Origin: Nanopusillaceae archaeon
Lineage (GTDB): Archaea; Nanobdellota; Nanobdellia; Nanobdellales; Nanobdellaceae
NCBI GenBank assembly: GCA_038735675.1
Contig: JAVYNJ010000003.1
Location: forward strand, 318 to 32,317
Direction of reading: 5' to 3'
Length of the DNA stretch: 32,000 bases
Positions 14,988 through 22,683 of this stretch are shown piece after piece (position 1 is the first letter of the stretch; every line of letters begins with the position of its first letter). Both the position numbers and the translations under genes were made by a program. Under the pieces are notes generated by a model. The model did not search any database. It saw nothing but the letters and a program-made list of their open reading frames with translations, and had not been told where the DNA came from.

Positions 14988-17198
14988 ATGCATATTGAAT
15001 TAAGGGAGTATCAAAAAAATATTTTGAAATCATGCTTATTAGATAATACACTTGTAATTCTACCTACAGGTACTGGAAAAACTCTTATAGCTTTTTTTGT
15101 TATGATCGAAAGATTAAGAGAATTTCCCGATAAAAAAATTTATTTTTTAGCACCTACAAAGCCATTGGTAAACCAGCATTATAATAATTTTATAAAATTT
15201 TTTCCGGAATATAAAGATATTTCAATCTGTATTACAGGAGAAATTCATCCATATCGAAGAGAATATCTATATAAACAAGCAAACATAATTTTTATAACGC
15301 CTCAAACGCTTCAAAATGACTTGTTAAATGGAAAAGTAACTTTTTATAATGCTTCAACTATTATTTTTGATGAAGCTCATAGAGCAGTTAAAAAATATGC
15401 ATACTCTTTTATAGCTAAAAAATTTTTTGAGCAGTCTCCAAATCCGAGAATTATAGGACTTACGGCATCTCCGGGCTGGAATATTGATAGAATACAAGAA
15501 ATAATAAATAATTTATATATAAAAAATGTTGAAATTAGAACTGGAAAAGAAGAGGATATTGTTAAGTATATGAAGCCTATAAATATAGAAAAAATTGAGG
15601 TTGAATTAGATAGTGAATTTCTACAAATAGAAAATCTGTTAAAACAAGCAATAGATTTTAGAGTTGAAAAAATAAAAAACGTTATTTCCGATTTTTCTAT
15701 TAGAAAAGGAAAAAAAGATGTTTTAGAATGGATAGATACAATAAAAAAGCAAATAAATTTAGATCCCCTTAATAATGGGTTAAAACAATCTTTTTTACTT
15801 GCTAGTGAAATATTGAAAATAATGCATGCTTTAGAAGTTTTAGAAACTCAAACTATATATACGTTTTTAGAATATTTTACATCTATAGATAAAAGTTTAA
15901 GAAAAAGTAGGGCAGATTATAATGTTTTAGAAGATATAAGAATTAAAAAAGCAATTTATTTAGCTAAAAAGCTTTTAGAAGCTGGAAAAGATCACCCAAA
16001 ACTAAAAAAACTTTTAGAATTAATTAAGGAAAATAAAGATAAAAAAATAATCGTTTTTGCACAAATAAGGAAAACTTTAGATAGAATAAAAGATATATTA
16101 GATAAAGAAGGATTTATTTCTGAAAAATTTATTGGTAAAAAAGAGATGGGACAATCCGAACAAATAAGAGTATTAAAAAATTTTTCAGAAGGAAACTTTA
16201 ATATTTTATTAGCAACGTCTATAGGTGAAGAAGGTATAGATATACCAAAAGTAGATATTGTAATATTTTATGAACCAGTTCCTTCTGAAATAAGATATAT
16301 TCAAAGAAGGGGCAGAACTGGAAGAGGAGAGATTGGAAAAGTATATATTTTAGTAACTAAAAATAGCATTGATGAAAAATTCTATTGGGTAGCTGTAAAT
16401 AAGGAAAGAAAAATGTTTAAACTTATAAAGCATATTAGAAAATATCTAAAATCTCCTGCAATGGATATTAATAAAAATCCAAATAAATTAGAAATTAAAA
16501 AAGAAGAAACACTTAAAGATATAAAGGAATATATTTTAAAATCTGAAAAAAAAGAAGACACAAATCTTGACGTAAATACAATTGTTGCTGATTATAAGGA
16601 AAAAGATTCAGGAGTTTTACAAATATTATCAGAAAGAGATCTTTTAATAAAATTAGAAAATTTAGAAATTGGAGATTATATAATAGGAAATTACATTATT
16701 GAGAGAAAAACTATTTTAGATTTTATAAGTTCAATTGCCGATGGAAGATTAAACGATCAACTTTCTAAATTAAAAGATAAAAATTCAATTTTAATATTAG
16801 AAGGGGATGAAGAAGATTTTTATATCGCCCCAGAAATATCTCCAAATTATATAAAATCTTTAATATTAAAAATAATTTTAGAATATAAGATTCCGATATT
16901 AAGAACAAAAAATTTCATTGAAACATCAAACTATCTTTATATATTAGCAAAAAATATAAATAAATTTCCTTCTATTCCTGAATTTACAAAAGAATACGAT
17001 GAAAATAAAATTAGAGAAAATATATTGAAACAAATACCAGGTATAGGAGATCAATTAGCTAAAAAACTATTAGAAAGATTTAAATCAATTAAAAATATTA
17101 TATTGGCTAAAAAAGTTGAAATTGAAAATATTATTGGCGAATCTAAAGCTGAAAGATTGAAGAAAATTTTTGAGGAAGAATATAAAAGTGAAAAATGA
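14988..17198 (+). CDS. hef: Hef: SF2 helicase fused to XPF/ERCC4-type nuclease and HhH2
   Basis: Helicase motifs: LPTGTGKT, FDEAHRAV, LTASPG, LLATSIGEEGIDIP and QRRGRTGR. The C-terminal ERCC4 nuclease shows ADYKEKDSGV and GDYIIGNYIIERKTILD (the GDxnERKx3D signature). The HhH is IPGIGDQLAKKLLERFKS. Confidence 0.92.
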   Translation: MHIELREYQKNILKSCLLDNTLVILPTGTGKTLIAFFVMIERLREFPDKKIYFLAPTKPLVNQHYNNFIKFFPEYKDISICITGEIHPYRREYLYKQANIIFITPQTLQNDLLNGKVTFYNASTIIFDEAHRAVKKYAYSFIAKKFFEQSPNPRIIGLTASPGWNIDRIQEIINNLYIKNVEIRTGKEEDIVKYMKPINIEKIEVELDSEFLQIENLLKQAIDFRVEKIKNVISDFSIRKGKKDVLEWIDTIKKQINLDPLNNGLKQSFLLASEILKIMHALEVLETQTIYTFLEYFTSIDKSLRKSRADYNVLEDIRIKKAIYLAKKLLEAGKDHPKLKKLLELIKENKDKKIIVFAQIRKTLDRIKDILDKEGFISEKFIGKKEMGQSEQIRVLKNFSEGNFNILLATSIGEEGIDIPKVDIVIFYEPVPSEIRYIQRRGRTGRGEIGKVYILVTKNSIDEKFYWVAVNKERKMFKLIKHIRKYLKSPAMDINKNPNKLEIKKEETLKDIKEYILKSEKKEDTNLDVNTIVADYKEKDSGVLQILSERDLLIKLENLEIGDYIIGNYIIERKTILDFISSIADGRLNDQLSKLKDKNSILILEGDEEDFYIAPEISPNYIKSLILKIILEYKIPILRTKNFIETSNYLYILAKNINKFPSIPEFTKEYDENKIRENILKQIPGIGDQLAKKLLERFKSIKNIILAKKVEIENIIGESKAERLKKIFEEEYKSEK

Positions 17199-18234
17199 AA
17201 TAAAAATAAAAAAATCTTTTGAAGAACATTACAAAAAAATACTAGGAGATGATTATTCAAAATTTATATATTTCTCTTTAAAACCCTTAAAAAAATCAAT
17301 AAGGATCAATACATTAAAAGTTGTTGATAATATATCTCATAAAGAAATCGAAAATATTTTAGAGGATAAAGAGAATCCGGAAATCGATAACCAATATAAC
17401 TTAAAGCAATATCCTTTTAGAATAAACGTAACAGCTACTGAAATATTAGGAAGATTGAAAGAAAAAGGGTGGAAGATTAATAGAATCAAATTTTATAAAT
17501 ATGGTTTTATTGTTGAACATCCTAAAAGAAAGGATATAGGAAATACTATAGAGTTTCAATTAGGATATTACTATTCTCAAGAAATTGCTTCTATGATTCC
17601 TCCAATAGCATTAGATCCAAAACCAGGAGAAATCGTTTTAGATATTGCAGCAGCTCCAGGATCAAAAACTACTCAAATTGCTATGCATATGGAAAATAAA
17701 GGAATAATAATAGCAAATGATCCAGATAAAGTAAGATTAAAAGCTTTAGCTTTAAATTTACAAAGACAAGGTGTGATAAATACAATAGTAACTAATTTAG
17801 ATGGAAGAAAAATTTCAAAATTGAATATAAAATTTGATAAGATCTTAGTTGATGCTCCATGTTCTGGAACTGGAGCAATAAGAAAATCCTATAAAACTTT
17901 TTTAATTTGGAATGAAAATATGATTAAGAGATTATCCTCTCTACAAAAACAATTATTAATCGCTGCCTTTGATAGCTTAAATTATAATGGAACCTTGGTA
18001 TATTCTACATGTTCTGTTGAACCTGAAGAAAATGAAGCTGTTATAAATCATCTTTTATATATGAGAGAAAATGCAAAGATAGAAAAAATAAATATTAAAA
18101 ACTTAAAATATTCTGAACCTTTTTTAGAATATAATAATGAAAAATTTTTCTCAGATATAAAATACACGCTTAGACTATGGCCTTGGGATAATGATACAGA
18201 AGGATTTTATATTGCAAAAATAAAGAAAATATAA
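17170..18234 (+). CDS. RNA (cytosine-C5)-methyltransferase, NOL1/NOP2/Sun (archaeal Trm4-like)
   Basis: Motifs: DIAAAPGSKTTQIA (SAM), LVDAPCSGTGAIRK (PC motif IV) and LVYSTCSVEPEENE (TC motif VI). There is no in-frame ATG near the N-terminus. The start must be TTG 17170 or GTG 17188, and both overlap the hef 3' end. Confidence 0.88.
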   Translation: MRKNIKVKNEIKIKKSFEEHYKKILGDDYSKFIYFSLKPLKKSIRINTLKVVDNISHKEIENILEDKENPEIDNQYNLKQYPFRINVTATEILGRLKEKGWKINRIKFYKYGFIVEHPKRKDIGNTIEFQLGYYYSQEIASMIPPIALDPKPGEIVLDIAAAPGSKTTQIAMHMENKGIIIANDPDKVRLKALALNLQRQGVINTIVTNLDGRKISKLNIKFDKILVDAPCSGTGAIRKSYKTFLIWNENMIKRLSSLQKQLLIAAFDSLNYNGTLVYSTCSVEPEENEAVINHLLYMRENAKIEKINIKNLKYSEPFLEYNNEKFFSDIKYTLRLWPWDNDTEGFYIAKIKKI

Positions 18235-19901
18235 TGAGGATACTATTTATAGATGTAAATAAAAAAGAAAGCAAAATTAGAATTATAGAAAATCAAAAAA
18301 TAAAAGGAGTAGTAGATCTAGGAATTTATTTACATATCAATGAATATGAAAGTTATAAATACAATATATTTGATGAAAAAAATGTTTTAATAATTGGAGC
18401 TGGAAAGTATTCTTATGGAGGAACTCAAAGAGGAATTGTTATTTTTAGAAGTCCCTTACATGGTGGTTTACATATATCAACTTTAGGAGATATAGGAGAA
18501 TACATCAAGAAATCAGGTTTTGATGCAATAGTTATTGAGGGTAAAGCTAAAAAGGAAGTTTTTTTAATAATAGATAATGAAAATGTGATTTTTCTAGAAG
18601 AAGAAATTCCTGAAAGTATATTTAAAAAATCTGAAGAACTAAAAGATAAATTAAAAGATATATACGACAAGAAGAATTTTAGAATATTATTAGTAGGCTT
18701 AGCATCAAAAAATACGAAATACGGTTCTTTAATTTCTTTAAGAAATGATAAACCAGAAATTCTATCTGTAGCAGGAAGAGGTGGTGCAGGAACTGTCTTG
18801 TATAGAGCTCATAATGTAATTGGTTTATCTATTGGTGGAGATAAAAATTATGAAATTGTACAATATGATATTAAAAAAGTAGCGGAATCAACAAAAAAAT
18901 ATAGAGAGGATGGAACTTTTAGAGGAAACTATCCACATTTAAAAGGAAATTTACCGTATTTTAATTTTCAAAATATTTATTTAAATCAAAAAGATAGAGA
19001 AAGATTGTATATAACATTTATTGAAAATATATTACTAAAAGATTATTTATTTACGTCAGATACTTGTGGAGAAAAATGTATTGCGGCATGTAAAAAGTTA
19101 GAGAATGAAGTAAAGATAGATTATGAACCTGCAAATGGTTTAGGTCCATTCATTGGAATTTTTAATAGAAATTTAGTAAAAGATTTAATTAAAATTGCTG
19201 ATAATTATGGATTCGATTCTATATATTTAGGATACGTTTTAGGTCTCTTATTTGAAGCCGCTTCAAAGGAAAGAATAGATTTGAAAATTTTCGGATTAGA
19301 AGAAAATCCAATTTTAGATCTAAGTAAATATGATCAGGATTATTCTGAAAAAAACTATAGAATTGCAAAATATTTGATAGAAAAAATCGCAAATGGCAAA
19401 ATAGAAATTTTGGGAGAAAATATTAGAAAAATTGCTAAAGAATTTAAAATAGACGATCTTGCTTATTATATTCCATTTGGGGAAAACTACGATATGACTC
19501 CTAACTTTTATTGGACTTTAGGGTTATTATTACCAACTGCTGTACCAGGAAAATATTATTCAGATTACAAATTTATTGGAAAATTACCAGAAGAGTATTC
19601 AAAAATTTGTTTCGAGAGAACGTTATATGAGTATACTATTGATAATTATGGAATGTGTAGATTCCATAGAGTTTGGATAGAAACAGATATCTTAAAATCT
19701 GAAGATCTAGAAAATTCAAAATATTGGATTAGTAGACTTATAGAATATAGAAAGCTTGCAAATGCGGAACCTCAGTATTGGGAGTCTAAAAGAGTAATTG
19801 ATTCTGTAAAGAAGCTATTAGAAGAGTTTAATATAAGTATTTCTCCAGAAGAATATTGGAAAACATGGTATAATAAATATTTGGATTTAGTTTTTTCATA
19901 A
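18234..19901 (+). CDS. Divergent aldehyde:ferredoxin oxidoreductase (AOR) family protein
   Basis: The N-terminal domain is AOR-like (NVLIIGAGKYSYGGTQRGIVIFRSPLHGG...GFDAIVIEGKAKKEVFLIIDNENV; SVAGRGGAGTVLYRAHNVIGLSIGG). Both DxxG(L/F/M)(C/D) pterin motifs are present (DNYGFDS, DNYGMCR), as is YEP. The Cys cluster is TCGEKCIAAC plus Cys475. 555 aa. The ATG shares 1 nt with the upstream stop (TAATG). Confidence 0.75.
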   Translation: MRILFIDVNKKESKIRIIENQKIKGVVDLGIYLHINEYESYKYNIFDEKNVLIIGAGKYSYGGTQRGIVIFRSPLHGGLHISTLGDIGEYIKKSGFDAIVIEGKAKKEVFLIIDNENVIFLEEEIPESIFKKSEELKDKLKDIYDKKNFRILLVGLASKNTKYGSLISLRNDKPEILSVAGRGGAGTVLYRAHNVIGLSIGGDKNYEIVQYDIKKVAESTKKYREDGTFRGNYPHLKGNLPYFNFQNIYLNQKDRERLYITFIENILLKDYLFTSDTCGEKCIAACKKLENEVKIDYEPANGLGPFIGIFNRNLVKDLIKIADNYGFDSIYLGYVLGLLFEAASKERIDLKIFGLEENPILDLSKYDQDYSEKNYRIAKYLIEKIANGKIEILGENIRKIAKEFKIDDLAYYIPFGENYDMTPNFYWTLGLLLPTAVPGKYYSDYKFIGKLPEEYSKICFERTLYEYTIDNYGMCRFHRVWIETDILKSEDLENSKYWISRLIEYRKLANAEPQYWESKRVIDSVKKLLEEFNISISPEEYWKTWYNKYLDLVFS

Positions 19902-19909
19902 TAATATAT

Positions 19910-19993
19910 GAGCCCGTGCCCGAGAGGCCAAAGGGGTCGGGTTCAGGTCCCGATGGGATAGTCCCTACGGGGGTTCGAATCCCCCCGGGCTCA
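19910..19993 (+). tRNA. tRNA-Leu (anticodon CAG), class II, 84 nt
   Basis: Read: GAGCCCG TG CCCGAGAGGCCAAAGGGG TCGGG TTCAGGT CCCGA, variable arm TGGGATAGTCCCTAC, GGGGG TTCGAAT CCCCC CGGGCTC A. The anticodon CAG is at 19944-19946. It starts 8 nt after the AOR-like stop. Confidence 0.9.
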
Positions 19994-20031
19994 TTATAAA
20001 TTTATAAATAATTTAAATAATAATCAATTTT

Positions 20032-21417
20032 ATGAAAAGAATATTAGCATTTTTATTTTTATTATTAGCGATATTTAAGATTTTATATTGTGAGGATATT
20101 CCGCTAATTAGTACACCATTTGAAATAAAGAATTATGTTAGTTTCTATGATAATGATGATTTTGCAATTTACAAATTGTATATTTTTAATCCTACAAATT
20201 ACAGTTATAGCTACTCTATAGTAAGTTTATCTGTTGATTGGATTATATTCTATGGAAAAAATGATTTAGATAGATTTGGAACTATATTGCCAAATCAAAG
20301 AAAGGAAATTATGATATATTTAAGACCTAAAAAAATAAAAGTTCAAGCTCCAACATTCATAATATCTTTTAGATCAAATAAAGAAGAAAGAATCTATACT
20401 TCTACTATTATTTTAAATCCACGTATAAATTATGAGTTAAAAAATATTTCTTCTGTAAAATTGGAAAAAATTGAAATATTTCCAGAAACTTTAAAAGCAG
20501 GAGATATATTTTCAATAATATTAAAAATATATAATCCAAATTCATTTGATATAAATATACCAATAACTATCAATACGTCTTACGGATATAAAAAAGAAAC
20601 CATAATTAATTTAATTCCAGGAAATAACACGATTAAAGTTGAGAATGTAATTCCATCTAGCTTAAAATTAGATAATTTTACATTAGAAATAAAAATAGAT
20701 GAATTGACAATAGAGGAAACATTATATTTGCTAACCGAAGAGAAAAAACCAAAAATAGAAGTTAAGAATAATTATATAATATTATCAAATTTGTATGAAG
20801 ATTATATTTATTATGAATTTGAATTACCTTATTCAAAAATAGATTTATTTTTATTTAGATTTTATCCAAAACCCTTCGAATATATTATTAGAAATAATAA
20901 TATTTATGCTAGATGGAAAATAGTTCTATTACCAAAAGAGAATTATATTATAAAAAAGGATCTAAACTATTATTCTATATTAGTTTTACTACTGTTAGTC
21001 TCCCTCTTCATAACATTCTTGATATTAATTGCAAGACCCAAAATAGAAATAAAAAAAGAAATAATAAGATTTTCGCCAGAAGAAAAAATAATAAGAATTG
21101 CAATTTATATAAGGAACAAAGGCGTCTTACCTATAAATAATGTAATAATAAGAGATAGAGTTCCAGAAATGTTTAAGATAAATAAATATGATACAGTAGA
21201 ACCTTTGGGATTATATAAAGAGGGAGAAGAAACTATTTTAGAATGGAGTTATGATAAAATTAAACCTAAAGAAGAATTAATAATATCATATACTATATCA
21301 ATAGCTAAAGAAATATCAAAAACAATATCTATACCAAATGCAGTAATACAATATAGTAGTCTATTTGGTGAAAAAATAGAAAATTCAAACAAAATATCTA
21401 TAAGCTTAGTTGAATAA
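20032..21417 (+). CDS. Hypothetical secreted/membrane-anchored protein with beta-sandwich (CARDB/DUF11-like) repeats
   Basis: An N-terminal signal-like segment MKRILAFLFLLLAIFKILYC is present. The body is long and N/I/Y-rich. One internal TM segment (YYSILVLLLLVSLFITFLILIA) lies around aa 315-336. The C-terminal segment VIIRDRVPEMF...EETILEWSYDKIKPKEELIISYTI resembles DUF11-type repeats. Domain calls are tentative. Confidence 0.55.
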   Translation: MKRILAFLFLLLAIFKILYCEDIPLISTPFEIKNYVSFYDNDDFAIYKLYIFNPTNYSYSYSIVSLSVDWIIFYGKNDLDRFGTILPNQRKEIMIYLRPKKIKVQAPTFIISFRSNKEERIYTSTIILNPRINYELKNISSVKLEKIEIFPETLKAGDIFSIILKIYNPNSFDINIPITINTSYGYKKETIINLIPGNNTIKVENVIPSSLKLDNFTLEIKIDELTIEETLYLLTEEKKPKIEVKNNYIILSNLYEDYIYYEFELPYSKIDLFLFRFYPKPFEYIIRNNNIYARWKIVLLPKENYIIKKDLNYYSILVLLLLVSLFITFLILIARPKIEIKKEIIRFSPEEKIIRIAIYIRNKGVLPINNVIIRDRVPEMFKINKYDTVEPLGLYKEGEETILEWSYDKIKPKEELIISYTISIAKEISKTISIPNAVIQYSSLFGEKIENSNKISISLVE

Positions 21418-21891
21418 ATGAAAATTTTTTATTTTGATTTTTTATTATCCAAAAAAATATTAAAAATTTTTAATAAGGATCATTTAAAATTATTTTCGGA
21501 TTTATCCGATATTTTATTAATTTTTTATTGTCTTTTAATACTCTTATTTTCTATAAAAAATTTGGTAATAATCTTATTAGGATGGATAACTCCTAATATT
21601 TTACAAAAATTATTTAATAGAGAAAGACCATATTATTTTTTTAAAATTGAGATTAACTATAAGACACCACCATATAGATCTTTTCCTAGCTCTCATACTT
21701 TTTTATCAATTTTGATATTTTTAACTATGTATAAAGCTAAAGTAAATCCTATTTTAGCTATTTTAATATTTTCAATTCCTATTTTAAGGATAATATCCTT
21801 ACAACATTGGTTTTCAGATATAGTATTCTCAATAGCTTTATCTACAATGTTATATTCTATCTTTTCAGCTTTAATTTTGGGAATTATTTAA
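21418..21891 (+). CDS. PAP2-superfamily phosphatase (membrane lipid phosphate phosphatase-like)
   Basis: The three PAP2 motifs are present: KLFNRERPY (KxxxxxxRP), FPSSHT (PSGH-like) and SLQHWFSDIV (SRxxxxxHxxxD-like). It is a multi-TM protein. The ATG directly abuts the upstream stop. Confidence 0.75.
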   Translation: MKIFYFDFLLSKKILKIFNKDHLKLFSDLSDILLIFYCLLILLFSIKNLVIILLGWITPNILQKLFNRERPYYFFKIEINYKTPPYRSFPSSHTFLSILIFLTMYKAKVNPILAILIFSIPILRIISLQHWFSDIVFSIALSTMLYSIFSALILGII

Positions 21892-21927
21892 ATTTTTAAA
21901 TTTATTAAATGATTTTTATATATTATT

Positions 21928-22021
21928 CCGGGCGTAGCTCAGCCTGGCAGAGCGGCCGGCTGTAGTGAGTATTCTGGCCGCAGAGACCGGCAGGTCGAGG
22001 GTTCAAATCCCTCCGCCCGGA
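21928..22021 (+). tRNA. tRNA-Tyr (anticodon GTA) with a 20-nt intron at the canonical 37/38 position
   Basis: Read: CCGGGCG TA GCTC AGCCTGGCA GAGC G GCCGG CTGTAG [tgagtattctggccgcagag] A CCGGC AGGTC GAGGG TTCAAAT CCCTC CGCCCGG A. The C1:G72 pair is the archaeal/eukaryal tRNA-Tyr hallmark. 74 nt remain after intron removal. Confidence 0.88.
21966..21985 (+). other. tRNA-Tyr intron with a bulge-helix-bulge-like splice motif
   Basis: The central 4-bp helix is C32:G+18, T33:A+17, G34:C+16, T35:G+15. It is flanked by two 3-nt bulges, A36 G37|T+1 and A+19 G+20|A38, each holding a splice junction after its second nucleotide. The outer intron helix is weak. Confidence 0.7.
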
Positions 22022-22629
22022 CTCTTATTTATCATCTTTTTAAATAGTGCTTTAAATCTCAAAACTTTAGCAAATGAAGAGGATACAGCTACTATTGTAG
22101 CAGAAAGTTTTAGAGTCATATTTGGATTAAAGATAATTATATACAACAAAACTGAAGAAAGAAAAAGAAATATAGAGTAAGTATGTAATCTTTCAATTTT
22201 AAAAATGTCATGAAATAGTATTATTCCAATAATTAGTAATGGAATAGCAATTACCAAAATATTTATAGCATCTATTACATCTAGACCTAGAAGCCAACCA
22301 ATAGCGGATGCAGCTCCAACTCCGGAAGGAATTTTCTTTGTTATTATTATCGAAAATATTGAAAAACAATGTCCTATTACAGCAAATGTGCCAGCTAAGG
22401 GTCCAAACAAGACGGTTGGAATATATGCTTTTAAAAGATCTAAAATACCTGCGATTAAAAAAAGCAAGAGAGAAATATTTTTATTTTTGTATTTTTTTAA
22501 AGAAGCATAATAAATATTAGTAGCTCCTAAATTTTCATCTCCATAATTTTGTATTTCTAACTTAAGTATTTCACTAATTATAAATGAAAAATTAATAGAA
22601 CCGAGAATATAGGATATTATAAGATTCAT
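22003..22629 (-). CDS. PlsY/DUF205-family membrane protein (glycerol-3-phosphate acyltransferase-like)
   Basis: Motifs: SYILGSINFSF (the YLLGSIPF-like motif), GDENLGATNIYYA (the GSGNxGATN-like motif) and GHCFSIF...SGVGAASAIG (the HxxP...GGKGVAT-like motif). 208 aa and multi-TM. The last 19 nt overlap the tRNA-Tyr 3' end on the opposite strand. Confidence 0.7.
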   Translation of the reverse strand: MNLIISYILGSINFSFIISEILKLEIQNYGDENLGATNIYYASLKKYKNKNISLLLFLIAGILDLLKAYIPTVLFGPLAGTFAVIGHCFSIFSIIITKKIPSGVGAASAIGWLLGLDVIDAINILVIAIPLLIIGIILFHDIFKIERLHTYSIFLFLSSVLLYIIIFNPNMTLKLSATIVAVSSSFAKVLRFKALFKKMINKSPGGGI

Positions 22630-22683
22630 TTTATTTTTTATTACGAAAAAATTTATAATATAATATATCAGAAAATAAATATT

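Noticed and set aside
21965-22180. A 71-aa plus-strand ORF starts inside tRNA-Tyr.
   Set aside because: Its first third is the tRNA-Tyr intron and 3' half, and the rest is antisense to the PlsY-like gene. It is a translation artefact.
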